Source: a virus
Virus record (IMG/VR): IMGVR_UViG_3300020578_000017
Coordinates: 32,001 to 96,000 of that record
Length of the DNA: 64,000 bases
Direction: 5' to 3' (one strand)
Under the pieces are notes generated by a model. The model was given only the letters and a program-made list of their open reading frames with translations, had not been told where the DNA came from and made no database searches. A program made the translations under genes and the position numbers. Below, in pieces: positions 1-9,495 of this stretch (the stretch's first letter is position 1; every line of letters starts with the position of its first letter).

Positions 1-195
1 TACTTCGTCTAAGTCACCAGAAAGGCCCTCTACAAGGTCATCTAACTCTTCAAGTTCATCGGATAGTTTTTCTACTTCTGAAGACTCTAAATCATCAGTA
101 TTAGATTCAAACTTATCCTGCCATTCACTAAACTTATCCCAAAGTAGATCTAAGTCACTAGCTAGCTCATTAAGCTTCTGCGATATTTTTTCCAC
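1..195 (-). CDS. Partial acidic helical hypothetical protein (runs off the window start)
   Basis: Not in the ORF track. AGGAGA then GTG at 195, open to position 1: MEKISQKLNELASDLDLLWDKFSEWQDKFE... Confidence 0.7.
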   Translation of the reverse strand, partial: MEKISQKLNELASDLDLLWDKFSEWQDKFESNTDDLESSEVEKLSDELEELDDLVEGLSGDLDEV

Positions 196-222
196 GTTAT
201 TAGACTCTCCTAAGATATAAAT

Positions 223-594
223 TTATTGATTATTAATGACGATATCAGCAACTTCTTTTCTTGACTGTTTTGTCTCATTTGAAGCTGCTTTTAAACTACC
301 GGAGTCAGTTAGTTCAACTAAATGACTGTTTGTTTCTCTTCTGATGCTATTAGCGGTTTGATGTAAGGAATTAATCTTTTCCCATTTCTTTTCCGCATCA
401 GAGCCAACTATTTGATCGATAGTTGCTGTTGGTGGCATACCTGCTTGATAAGTGATGCCGACAGTATGAGGCTTGAACTGACGAGGAGACATAGACTTGC
501 AAGACTTACACTCTGCCTCGGAAACCTGACTATCTTGTACTATCTTGTCAAATAATAAACCACATTCTTTACAAAAGAAATCAAACTTTGGCAT
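223..594 (-). CDS. FmdB-like zinc-ribbon protein
   Basis: N-terminal MPKFDFFCKECG...ECKSC matches the MPxYxYxCxxCG...CPxC pattern. Confidence 0.7.
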   Translation of the reverse strand: MPKFDFFCKECGLLFDKIVQDSQVSEAECKSCKSMSPRQFKPHTVGITYQAGMPPTATIDQIVGSDAEKKWEKINSLHQTANSIRRETNSHLVELTDSGSLKAASNETKQSRKEVADIVINNQ

Positions 595-596
595 TT

Positions 597-2477
597 TTAC
601 GTAACCCTCTCAGACTTTAGTATAGGGCTTTCTATGATTGGAAAAAGCGTAGGCTCTTGAAATACAGGAACATCTTTAATGTCTGAATACGCATAGCTGA
701 TAAACTTCAAATGTACATCCCGTATTTTTATTGGAATTGGCTTTCTAATATGCCAGTCCGTTAAGAAAACAACACTTACACTTGCCATGTAGTACTGATC
801 TGTTGTATTTTCATCATAAGGTTCTTCTGCTTCGCCTTGTATAGAAATCTCATCTAGGATTATTCCCTCGGAATCAAATCTTTCTTTTAGGGACAGAAGA
901 TACATGGCGGTTAAATCAGTAATTTCTTCCTGCTGAATTGGGTCTAAAGCAACTATATCTAGGGTAAAAGAAACTCTAAATTTACCCCCATACTCATGGG
1001 AAGTTGGCTCAGGATCACCCGAAATAAAAACTAGCTGCCTCCCACCTACCTGAGCTTGTTTTGCGAAACTTAAAACGCAACCTTCTATTGCTTCATTATT
1101 TGCACCATACGCAGAGAATTCGTAAGGACCCTGTGAGTCTAATGCATAATAATAGCTTACCTTTACTTCACCTTCAGGAATAGCTTCATTGAATATCAGA
1201 TCATTTGTGTCAGAGTCAAATGTGAAAACTTCATGGGATATAATATCTTTCTTTACCCATACATCAACGCTTTTTGCTACAATGCCAGCATCTGGAAGCA
1301 TTATTCTCCAAGAATCATCAAACACTTCGGCTATAGGAACTGTAAGACCGGGGGATTCGCTGAGATAATAGTAGCTAGCGGTTACCCTTAATCCTGGTGG
1401 TAGCTTTTTTGAAAAAGTTACCTTGTAGCCATCTACTAGAGAAAATGTTATCTTATCTTTGCTATAAACGTCTGTATTTTCGTCTGTGTAGTTAAAAAGC
1501 TTTTCTTCATCTAACCAAACTTCTAAGGTACCTGCTACTGTTTTTGAAAACTCTAAGTCAAGTATACTTTCTGTACCGGTAGTTTTTCTCTTTAGAAGTT
1601 CGTTTGAAACTCTTTTTATTACAAAGTAATCAAAGCCAGATTGTAATGTCTCGTCGGTACTGGCCTGTACGATACTTAAGTTAATACCTGACTGCTTTTC
1701 TTTAAAGGTAATAGTACGTAAAGATTCATCTATCTCATACTTACTGCTATCTACATCAACATCATCTACTCTAACAGTTAAGTCTGTAAAAATATCAGAT
1801 CCAAGTTCTTCGTTAAAATATATCTTTGCTCTTCTAAAGTTTGAAGTACTAATAGGAAAAGGTGCCCTGTATAACAACGGGTCTACCATAAAAGTAGTGT
1901 CAGATACAATCTCTACCCCGTAAGCACCGACATGAGCCAAGTGTAAAGAGTAGTAAGCTATTTTAACTAAAGATCCAGAAGGCGGGGCTGTCCTAAGCTG
2001 CACTAAACCTTCTGTTGGGAAAATCTGAAAAGGAGTTACAGACTGCCCATCAACGTAAACGCTTATGGAGCCAACGTCATCTTTATTTAAGGATACGATC
2101 TCTTTTTCAAACTTACTAAGACCTACCAATTGCTGATTAGATAACTCAAATAAAACATTGTCACCATCTACCTGGTCTGATACATCATCTACATGATACT
2201 GTACAAGATTTTGAGTGTCTTCTCTTACCCATTCTACAGCAGAGCCAGAAATATTAACTAAGCCTACGCGAGAAAGAACTTGACCAAGATAGTTGTCTGG
2301 AGATAGCTTTATCTGCTCTGCACTACTATTTTTAACGATAATACCATACTTGCTTTTTTCATCAAGTTGGTATTTGTTTGTTACAGTAATTTTGTCGTAA
2401 ATAGGATGAGTACGAAAAGCTCCTTGAAGCTCCCGTATTAATCTACGCTTTACGGCGTTAGTTAATTGATAATAAAT
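597..2477 (-). CDS. Virion structural protein (neck/tail-completion-like, repeated beta domains), probably 626 aa with an ATT start
   Basis: Frame is open 116 codons upstream of the track's TTG start (2129), back to TGA at 2484-2486. AGGTGA lies 6 nt before ATT at 2477. Repeated ...P.G..V...YY beta modules; located in the structural cluster. Confidence 0.6.
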   Translation of the reverse strand: MYYQLTNAVKRRLIRELQGAFRTHPIYDKITVTNKYQLDEKSKYGIIVKNSSAEQIKLSPDNYLGQVLSRVGLVNISGSAVEWVREDTQNLVQYHVDDVSDQVDGDNVLFELSNQQLVGLSKFEKEIVSLNKDDVGSISVYVDGQSVTPFQIFPTEGLVQLRTAPPSGSLVKIAYYSLHLAHVGAYGVEIVSDTTFMVDPLLYRAPFPISTSNFRRAKIYFNEELGSDIFTDLTVRVDDVDVDSSKYEIDESLRTITFKEKQSGINLSIVQASTDETLQSGFDYFVIKRVSNELLKRKTTGTESILDLEFSKTVAGTLEVWLDEEKLFNYTDENTDVYSKDKITFSLVDGYKVTFSKKLPPGLRVTASYYYLSESPGLTVPIAEVFDDSWRIMLPDAGIVAKSVDVWVKKDIISHEVFTFDSDTNDLIFNEAIPEGEVKVSYYYALDSQGPYEFSAYGANNEAIEGCVLSFAKQAQVGGRQLVFISGDPEPTSHEYGGKFRVSFTLDIVALDPIQQEEITDLTAMYLLSLKERFDSEGIILDEISIQGEAEEPYDENTTDQYYMASVSVVFLTDWHIRKPIPIKIRDVHLKFISYAYSDIKDVPVFQEPTLFPIIESPILKSERVT

Positions 2478-2487
2478 GACGTATCAC

Positions 2488-2745
2488 CTAATATTTTATA
2501 GTCTCGTCGGGTAGCTCATTTATGACTTTTTTCTTTTTAAGCTTATCTAAAGCTTGACCAAGGCTATCCAAATTTTGCTTTGGTAGTTTTTTTAAGCCAG
2601 GGTCACTTACAAACTTATCTAAAGCTTTTGTCAAATTAGTCTTTGACGTTTGCCCGCCACTACTTGTACTAAGTTCTTTTTTGTTTAGTAGGCCAACTTG
2701 CTTAGCATAAGAAATGGAGTCCTTGAACTTTTTCAAAGACCCCAT
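2488..2745 (-). CDS. Basic hypothetical protein; possibly the -1 frameshift extension of 2814..3512
   Basis: Frame stays open upstream through the A8 run at 2822-2829; ATG 2745 has no clear SD. Confidence 0.5.
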   Translation of the reverse strand: MGSLKKFKDSISYAKQVGLLNKKELSTSSGGQTSKTNLTKALDKFVSDPGLKKLPKQNLDSLGQALDKLKKKKVINELPDETIKY

Positions 2746-2813
2746 CCCGAATGACTTATCGGACTCAGCTACGTTCTCTAAGTAGTTTAACGCCTTAGTG
2801 ACGTTTTTATCAA

Positions 2814-3512
2814 CTACCGCGTTTTTTTTGAGAGTTTAACGAAACTGGCTTTCTTTTTGGTGACAGGAGAATCAGCAGAAGCCTTTACAGGCATTGCGCC
2901 CTCAAAGCCTCCTAAATCATCAGCCTGAGCAAAAGGAGCATGGCCTAATGAAGTTACTTCTGGAAGAGCCTCGTGACGGAAAACAGCCTTGACAGAAGAT
3001 AGGCTCTTATTAGAATCAATCCTGTCCTGAACTGCGGGGCCTTCATTTCTGGCGGTGCCGATAGAACTTGCGTCAAAGTTGGCGAACTTGGCTAGTTCCT
3101 TAGCAATTCCCATTACTAAGTTGTACTCTTCTGCATAGAGGCTAGCAACTTTAGATGCCTTCCTCTTAGAAGCAACTACTGGAGAATGGCCCATCAGCAT
3201 ATCGCTGATGGCATCTAAGCCCTTGGGGTAAAAGTCAGAGTTATGAGCCTGATCGCCATAAACAGCTTGCGCTCTAGCCTGGACTTCAGCTAATGAAGGT
3301 GGGTTCCAATCTTCCTGGGGAAGAACAGCGGATAAAGGCATATCCTTGACATGCTTCATGCCTGAAAAGTTATGATTATGAATTTCTACATTGCGACCAC
3401 TGTTGTCATGAACCTGAAAAGAATCATCAACACCAATTTCGTCTTCAGCGCCAGGAACCATTAAACTAGCTAACTTGGCTAGCTCGCGGGCAATTTCTTG
3501 ATCTCTTGACAT
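2814..3512 (-). CDS. Hypothetical protein, probable internal head protein
   Basis: 232 aa with KLAS, RKAS, KVAS and KKAS motifs; AAGGA upstream. Confidence 0.55.
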   Translation of the reverse strand: MSRDQEIARELAKLASLMVPGAEDEIGVDDSFQVHDNSGRNVEIHNHNFSGMKHVKDMPLSAVLPQEDWNPPSLAEVQARAQAVYGDQAHNSDFYPKGLDAISDMLMGHSPVVASKRKASKVASLYAEEYNLVMGIAKELAKFANFDASSIGTARNEGPAVQDRIDSNKSLSSVKAVFRHEALPEVTSLGHAPFAQADDLGGFEGAMPVKASADSPVTKKKASFVKLSKKTR

Positions 3513-3586
3513 TTAAAGGGAGTCCTTCTAACGATAAGTCCTACAAAAAGTATCTAAGCAAAGAATAAAAAACAAACTAAAACAAC

Positions 3587-4555
3587 TTAATCGCCAAATA
3601 GGGATTTTACTTTTTTCTGCCTATTCAAACGATTTTTATCTCTAAGAGACTTAGCCTCTTCTATGTCTTCATCTTCCTCTACATCTAAATGCTTTGGTGT
3701 GATGTCGAACTCTGGTTTCTGTGAAGGAGGGATATTTTCGGGTTCTTCTGGAGCAGCCTCTTCTTCTGCCTCAAACTCTTCAAAAGGCTCTTGTTTTGGC
3801 CTGAATGCCGAGAACTCACCCTCTTGCTCTTCCCTTTTAAAAAGCTTAGGGACTCCCTTTACTGCAGGAATAACATCCTCTTCCATTTCTTCTACCGCCT
3901 TAGTATCAATGTCCTTAGGTAGCAACGTGGTTGGGACAGTCTGTATTTCTGAAACAGCTCTGTTTTTAAATAATGGCTTTACGCCTTTTTCTGGAGCTTT
4001 TTTCTCAGAAAAAGGTGAGGAGGGTAATGCTGATACTTCTTCCTCTTCTGGTTTCTGTAATTCTTGAGGCTTAATTGGCATATCAAGTTTAAACTTATCT
4101 AAAAGTTTTCTTACTGAAGCGAATATATGCTTACAGCCATAATTTACCCTTACAGGATCTCTTACTTTAGGAGGAACAAGCTTTCCTCTTGAGTTTCCTA
4201 GTAACGCATCTTTTTGAGATAAGTTATACTGACCGCCTTGGTATAGAAAAGCTGGACAGTCGCAGTTTACTTTTATGTTTAGATCTTTTTTGTCTTCTAC
4301 CTGGGTAGGATCATCTAAAATCTGAATACTTACCTTATGACCATCTTTTTTTGAATCTTTCTCTGAGCACACTACTTTGTATACATAGATGCTATCTTTT
4401 TCAGAGTAGTTCAGTAATCCAGTTGAACAGTTTAGCGAATTTCTATTTAGTTTTGACTTAGAAGACACAATCTCATCAAGAGATATAGCTGCTATTTTGA
4501 CACGACCAGAAATAATGTTTCTGATCGTTCCAACTAACACTAGGATAGGGATCAC
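3587..4555 (-). CDS. SWIM zinc-finger protein with acidic, Pro-rich disordered C-terminus
   Basis: CDCPAF...GCKH (CxC...CxH SWIM signature). Confidence 0.7.
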   Translation of the reverse strand: MIPILVLVGTIRNIISGRVKIAAISLDEIVSSKSKLNRNSLNCSTGLLNYSEKDSIYVYKVVCSEKDSKKDGHKVSIQILDDPTQVEDKKDLNIKVNCDCPAFLYQGGQYNLSQKDALLGNSRGKLVPPKVRDPVRVNYGCKHIFASVRKLLDKFKLDMPIKPQELQKPEEEEVSALPSSPFSEKKAPEKGVKPLFKNRAVSEIQTVPTTLLPKDIDTKAVEEMEEDVIPAVKGVPKLFKREEQEGEFSAFRPKQEPFEEFEAEEEAAPEEPENIPPSQKPEFDITPKHLDVEEDEDIEEAKSLRDKNRLNRQKKVKSLFGD

Positions 4556-5574
4556 TCACTGTCCTCAAGCTGTGCGGCAACCATAAGACCCCTAGCTACG
4601 GCAGTAAGTGGATCAGATGCATGTCTAATTTCTCTTACCTCAAAGGGGAAGTTACTCTTATGCTTTTCAAATACCTTTTTAAACATATCAACGAAACCGC
4701 CTGCAAGAGAAGTACCGCCTGCGATTACGATAGGAATAGCATCAGAAAGCTCTACCTTAGCGTTTTTCATCTCTTTGACTACAAATGAAACGGCTCTTTC
4801 GATTAGAGTCTGGTAGTAGAATGCAATAGCTTCTTCTTCCTTTGAACTAAAATCATCGGCCATAATATTAACGCCTTTTTCCTTGATGATCTGAATGCGG
4901 GAAGCTGTGGTGCTTAAGGCTCTAGCCACGCTTGCGTCAATCTGATCGCCGGAACCTTGAATTGAGAACTGAAGAATAGGCATAGTCATGTAGCTAAAAC
5001 AAACGTTGACCATACCGCCACCGAAAGACATGGATAAACCTGTAAAATTGCTATCCTGGCACTCAGCATAAATGATTGCCATAGCTTCATTGATTGGTAC
5101 AGGTCTAAATCCCAGGCTAGATACTAGCCTCTCAAGAACCTTTGTATGGTAGATATTGTTTACGCCTTTGTTATCTACTGGATCTGCGGGAATAGAATAG
5201 CAAACAACCTCACCTTCCTTTGCAGGCTCACCAAGTAGGCTCTTAATAATAGCGGCTAGAATATCCCCAGAAATCGCTAGCTCTTCTGGGGATATTAAAC
5301 CATCCTTTAATGGCCTTCTTGCTTCTCTCTTAAGTAGATTTGCAAAGTTTACTGACTCATCGCCAATAATATAGAAGTTGCCACCTAGCTCAAGTAGCTT
5401 GGCACCGGACATCTTGATAGTATTTTTAATGAAGGGCTCATCAGGTACATCTATAAAAGAGTCTCTAATCTTTGTAAGAACTACTTCTCCTGAAGCATTT
5501 TTAACTGCCGAAACAAAGAAACATGTACCAGCGTCAAGTCCCCTACCTGGGTTAATATCAGTTTTCTTAGCCAT
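4552..5574 (-). CDS. Actin-like ATPase (MreB/MamK/FtsA superfamily)
   Basis: Phosphate-1 GLDAGT, connect-1 NEAMA, phosphate-2 SFGGG, adenosine AGGTS, connect-2 VARG; 340 aa. Confidence 0.85.
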   Translation of the reverse strand: MAKKTDINPGRGLDAGTCFFVSAVKNASGEVVLTKIRDSFIDVPDEPFIKNTIKMSGAKLLELGGNFYIIGDESVNFANLLKREARRPLKDGLISPEELAISGDILAAIIKSLLGEPAKEGEVVCYSIPADPVDNKGVNNIYHTKVLERLVSSLGFRPVPINEAMAIIYAECQDSNFTGLSMSFGGGMVNVCFSYMTMPILQFSIQGSGDQIDASVARALSTTASRIQIIKEKGVNIMADDFSSKEEEAIAFYYQTLIERAVSFVVKEMKNAKVELSDAIPIVIAGGTSLAGGFVDMFKKVFEKHKSNFPFEVREIRHASDPLTAVARGLMVAAQLEDSE

Positions 5575-6157
5575 CGGTATTACTCTTCTTTTTCCTTAAC
5601 TTTTTAAGCTCCTCAAGAGCTTTATCTGCGATTTCATCTGCAACAACTGCAGAATCAGCTTTTAGGGAAACATCATCTTTAACTTTGAATGTCGGTATAA
5701 AAAGCTCTTCTGCAACACTGTCTGGTATCGCAGCAATAACAGGCTTGGCATGATTATAATCAGAAACAGGTGCCTGTTGAACTGGAATTCCTTTTGCTAA
5801 CAAGTCAACTATAGAATGAATTGAACCCGCTAAACTTTGAATATCTGAGTTTAGCTTTGCGATATCTTTTTTAATGGCATCCATATTGGCATCAGCTTTG
5901 CTGACTGCCATAGGCTTAACGACGTTATTCGACTGAGGAACGGGGGGCCTAGGACCAACGTTTTTTCTGCTGTCCATAGAGGCATAACGAACTTCTGCAT
6001 CTGATACAGAAATAATCCATCTCTTATGAATTGCTTGAACTACAGATGGAGAAGCTTGCTGTTCTTCAGTCAAGTAATAAATATCGCCATAGTTTTTCCA
6101 GGTGCAACCTACTTCTAGGTCCATTACACCATGAACTGCTGACATAAATGCTTGCAT
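5567..6157 (-). CDS. Hypothetical protein with short coiled coil and basic C-terminal helix (candidate actin partner)
   Basis: Overlaps the actin start; heptads IKKDIAKLNSDIQSL; tail ALEELKKLRKKKS. Confidence 0.55.
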   Translation of the reverse strand: MQAFMSAVHGVMDLEVGCTWKNYGDIYYLTEEQQASPSVVQAIHKRWIISVSDAEVRYASMDSRKNVGPRPPVPQSNNVVKPMAVSKADANMDAIKKDIAKLNSDIQSLAGSIHSIVDLLAKGIPVQQAPVSDYNHAKPVIAAIPDSVAEELFIPTFKVKDDVSLKADSAVVADEIADKALEELKKLRKKKSNTDG

Positions 6158-6167
6158 TTAATTTTAC

Positions 6168-6992
6168 CTACTCTAATTGAGATATTAGAGACTTAGCGAG
6201 TTTTTTAGTATAGAGACGAAGCGTAGACATAATGAAATTTTCACCATGTAGGGACCTTATGAAGTTTTTGTACTTCAAAATGGCTTCATCGTCATTTACA
6301 ACTTTTTTGACTCGCTTCTCTCTTTCTGTTCCCCAAGTTTCATTCGTATCTTGATCTAAGACTTTACTGGCAGTTCCCCACCTTACATTTCGTCTTAAGT
6401 TCTTATAGCCAAACTTGGTTCCCCAGCTTAAAAATTTACGGTCATCCTTAACTGTTCTTCCTTTACTTCCCCAGGTTTTTGCTGTTTTTGTGCTATCGAA
6501 AGAACGACCACCAGTTCCCCACCGACTAGCCTTTTCTCTAACATTAAAATTTGTCTTTTTAGGGGATTTTTTACCTCGCTCTATGGCTCTCTGCCTAAGA
6601 GTAGCGAGGTAGGAGTCTTGTCTTTTTGTGGCAGCTGGAGTTTTTACATCTCTTTTTTTTGGCACTAAGTATCTTAACTCAACACCACCTACTTTAGCAC
6701 TTAGTTTCTTAGAGTATAAAAGTTTTTTAGTTTTTCTCTCTCTTACAGTTTCTTTTTCTTCAATTACAAGTAACTGTTTTACAACAACAATGACTTTAAT
6801 TCTATTGTTGTTTACTACTTTTATAAGAAATTGAACTTGGTTTCTGTATTCAGGATAAGTTCTATATGTCTGGGATTGCTGCCAACTTCTTTTCAGGTCT
6901 CTGGAAAAAGTAATAAAAATTCTTCTAAACTGAGACACCGTAGGACCTTTAATTCGTGATAGTTTTTTAAGTCCTTGAGAAAACTTGAACAT
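6168..6992 (-). CDS. Highly basic protein with five WG[T/S] repeats
   Basis: K/R-rich; WGT/WGS spaced 15-16 aa apart. Confidence 0.65.
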   Translation of the reverse strand: MFKFSQGLKKLSRIKGPTVSQFRRIFITFSRDLKRSWQQSQTYRTYPEYRNQVQFLIKVVNNNRIKVIVVVKQLLVIEEKETVRERKTKKLLYSKKLSAKVGGVELRYLVPKKRDVKTPAATKRQDSYLATLRQRAIERGKKSPKKTNFNVREKASRWGTGGRSFDSTKTAKTWGSKGRTVKDDRKFLSWGTKFGYKNLRRNVRWGTASKVLDQDTNETWGTEREKRVKKVVNDDEAILKYKNFIRSLHGENFIMSTLRLYTKKLAKSLISQLE

Positions 6993-8213
6993 CTAGAATA
7001 AATCTTCCCAGACTTTTTTCCTTGCCTTTATGACTTCTGGCGTTACGGTAATGTCTGGGTCTTTATTTGGAGCTTGGACAAGGCTGGCTTTTAGCGGAAC
7101 AGAATACCTAATGTCACGAGAACCTATTAATGATAAGTTGAACCTTTGTTGTAATGGAGCTCCACTAACGGTTGTAAGATTTACAGCACCAATAGAAAAT
7201 CTATCACCATTCTTCCTGACAATAAAATCTCGCTGTGAAATTAAAGGTGTTGCACCAGTCCAGGCTTCAAAGGTAAAAGTCGGCTTTAATCCCTCTGGGG
7301 TAGCCTCAAGACTCTTAGACTCATCTGGAGGCGCAATCAATATATCGTAAGGTCCTGTGTACCCGCCAATATACCCCGTACCAAAACATATTGTGCAATC
7401 ATTCAGCGTTGACTTATGAGTTGGGCTATTATTATGGCATTCAGAACCAGACCATTTACGTAAAAATAACTTTACTCTCTCGCCACCCTGCTCAAGAATA
7501 AAATTGTTCCTATTCATGGCCTCCTTCCAATAAGGCTCTGCTTCAGTCATTTCTTCAAGTCTGACCATAACTGCTGCCGCCAAGGGAGTTTCTTTAATCT
7601 CTGATGTTGCAGTGTCTTCACCTACTGTAGTGAGCTTATAATAAAGCCTTCTATTGAGATTTGTCTGAACAAAGTTGGTGACCGAATAGTAAGAGCAAGT
7701 AACTTGACTTCCTGTTTGCGGTAATATGGCTGGAATTGATATATGCGAGACTGGATCGTATACTTTTTTTGTGTTAAGCCAAACTAATGATTTTGCACCA
7801 TCGGCTTTAAATGGTGCTATACTCTGTCCGTCTATATTAACTGTAATCTCTTGACCTTCACTGTACTGTAGATATATCTGGTCATTGAGCACAGGCTTGC
7901 CTGATGTCCTAAAAATCCACTCTTTCTTTGGATTAGTACCACGAGTTGTAAAAGAGTCGGAAACATTTTCTGTGACTAGCTCTATTTTATGGGCGTCCCT
8001 AAAATATCCAACATCAATTGGATCTGTATTTACTTTTGTGTATACACCATTCGGGTCATCATAGGCTCTATAAATATTGACCCCAACAATATTGAAGCCA
8101 TAGTTTGATGCATCAAGCTTTGGGTCACCGAATGCAATATCGATAGCAAACTGAACCCCTGGGTTATATATGCTTGCCTCAGGGGGGCTTTTAGGGAATC
8201 CATATCCGCTCAT
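6993..8213 (-). CDS. Virion neck / head-closure-like protein
   Basis: C-terminal CTICFGTGY motif and beta-barrel-like RDFIVRKNGDRFSI; position downstream of the capsid genes. Confidence 0.5.
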   Translation of the reverse strand: MSGYGFPKSPPEASIYNPGVQFAIDIAFGDPKLDASNYGFNIVGVNIYRAYDDPNGVYTKVNTDPIDVGYFRDAHKIELVTENVSDSFTTRGTNPKKEWIFRTSGKPVLNDQIYLQYSEGQEITVNIDGQSIAPFKADGAKSLVWLNTKKVYDPVSHISIPAILPQTGSQVTCSYYSVTNFVQTNLNRRLYYKLTTVGEDTATSEIKETPLAAAVMVRLEEMTEAEPYWKEAMNRNNFILEQGGERVKLFLRKWSGSECHNNSPTHKSTLNDCTICFGTGYIGGYTGPYDILIAPPDESKSLEATPEGLKPTFTFEAWTGATPLISQRDFIVRKNGDRFSIGAVNLTTVSGAPLQQRFNLSLIGSRDIRYSVPLKASLVQAPNKDPDITVTPEVIKARKKVWEDLF

Positions 8214-8216
8214 AAA

Positions 8217-8591
8217 TTAGACTTCGCTATCTAAGCTTTCTAAATCAAAAGCTACAGCTCCTGTTTCTCGATTAATCTTAAACGGATGATTGGCAGGAAT
8301 ACCGTACTTAAGCATGACTTCTTGAAGTAGGTTGTTTTTTAAGTTTCTAGCAGAAGCCAATTGCTCAATAAAATATGCCTTACGCTCCTCAAGCATACCA
8401 ATCTCATAAAGAAAGTTTTTAATCTGAACATCGGCGCTATTCAAAGCACCGAGGTCAGAAGACTCTACTACTGGAGATTTCGTAGGGGCTTGAAGTCTAC
8501 CTGCTCGGTAGTCCTCAAGTAGCTTAAGCTCTTCAGCTGAAAGCTGATCATTTTCTGATTGCTGCAACGTTTTCTTACCTCTAGATGACAC
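8217..8591 (-). CDS. Small coiled-coil protein (paralog of 9828..10154)
   Basis: Coiled coil followed by KYGIP...INRETG. Confidence 0.55.
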   Translation of the reverse strand: MSSRGKKTLQQSENDQLSAEELKLLEDYRAGRLQAPTKSPVVESSDLGALNSADVQIKNFLYEIGMLEERKAYFIEQLASARNLKNNLLQEVMLKYGIPANHPFKINRETGAVAFDLESLDSEV

Positions 8592-9492
8592 CGAAACCTC
8601 TACTTACCAAGTTGCGAATAGACATGACGCCGGGTGCAGAACCAGGACCAAGATACCCGCTCTGGTATCCTGTGGTGAACCTGGCTTGACGAAGACCCTT
8701 AGTATATTTTAGTGTAGCCTTGGCTTGTTCAATCATAGTATTTAACTGCTGCTCTAATGCGTCTCTCATAGCTTGGTATTTTGATGATTTTTCTAAGTCA
8801 AGCTGAACACCGCCAATCGAGTAACCGAACTCATCAGCAATCCAGTTAAGAGCTACTGCCTCAATAGCTAGAACAGCAGCACCAATAATAACCATAATAC
8901 GCCAAGATCGTTGTTTTCCGCCATCAAGATTATCTAACTTGAGGTTAGTTGCGGGTGGGTATAGGTTTATCCAATCTATCGCTAGATGGAGAAAGTCTAT
9001 AAGCTCTTCATCCTCCCAGATGAATCCAAACTGTGTGGTATAGTTTTTTACGCGATTCTTTTTTTGAGGCGGCATAAAGTGATAATTTCTTTCAGGATTA
9101 TTATCTCTTAAAACATGCCTAAGTTTTCTCAGTAAATCTTTTTCAAAATCAGTGTATTCTGGTTGGTCAACTTGAACACAAAAATCTTCAACAGAAAATC
9201 TCTCTTCTCTGTACTGTGGATCGTTTCCTGCGTACTCTATGATCTTCCAGGATATAAAGTGTTCGCCTGTCTCCCAATCTTCTCCTACTGTGAAGTTGGC
9301 ATAGTATTCACCTACTTTAACTCTAGTGGCATCGAAATCTTCAATAATTACCGTGCTGGCCCCACCTATAGTCGTTCTGTAAATAGTAAAAGTTAAACTG
9401 TAAACGTCAGTATAAATGCCTTTTATAGTTCGAATGTTAATGTTTAAATCTGTTGGCCCCAAAGACTGACCACGGTTAAAAGCAATTCTCAC
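8581..9492 (-). CDS. Head-tail adaptor-like structural protein with N-terminal Ig-like domain
   Basis: Helical C-terminal half LRHVLRD...WEDEELIDFL resembles connector proteins; N-terminal domain paralogous to 9496..9822. Confidence 0.5.
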   Translation of the reverse strand: MRIAFNRGQSLGPTDLNINIRTIKGIYTDVYSLTFTIYRTTIGGASTVIIEDFDATRVKVGEYYANFTVGEDWETGEHFISWKIIEYAGNDPQYREERFSVEDFCVQVDQPEYTDFEKDLLRKLRHVLRDNNPERNYHFMPPQKKNRVKNYTTQFGFIWEDEELIDFLHLAIDWINLYPPATNLKLDNLDGGKQRSWRIMVIIGAAVLAIEAVALNWIADEFGYSIGGVQLDLEKSSKYQAMRDALEQQLNTMIEQAKATLKYTKGLRQARFTTGYQSGYLGPGSAPGVMSIRNLVSRGFGVI

Positions 9493-9495
9493 TTT

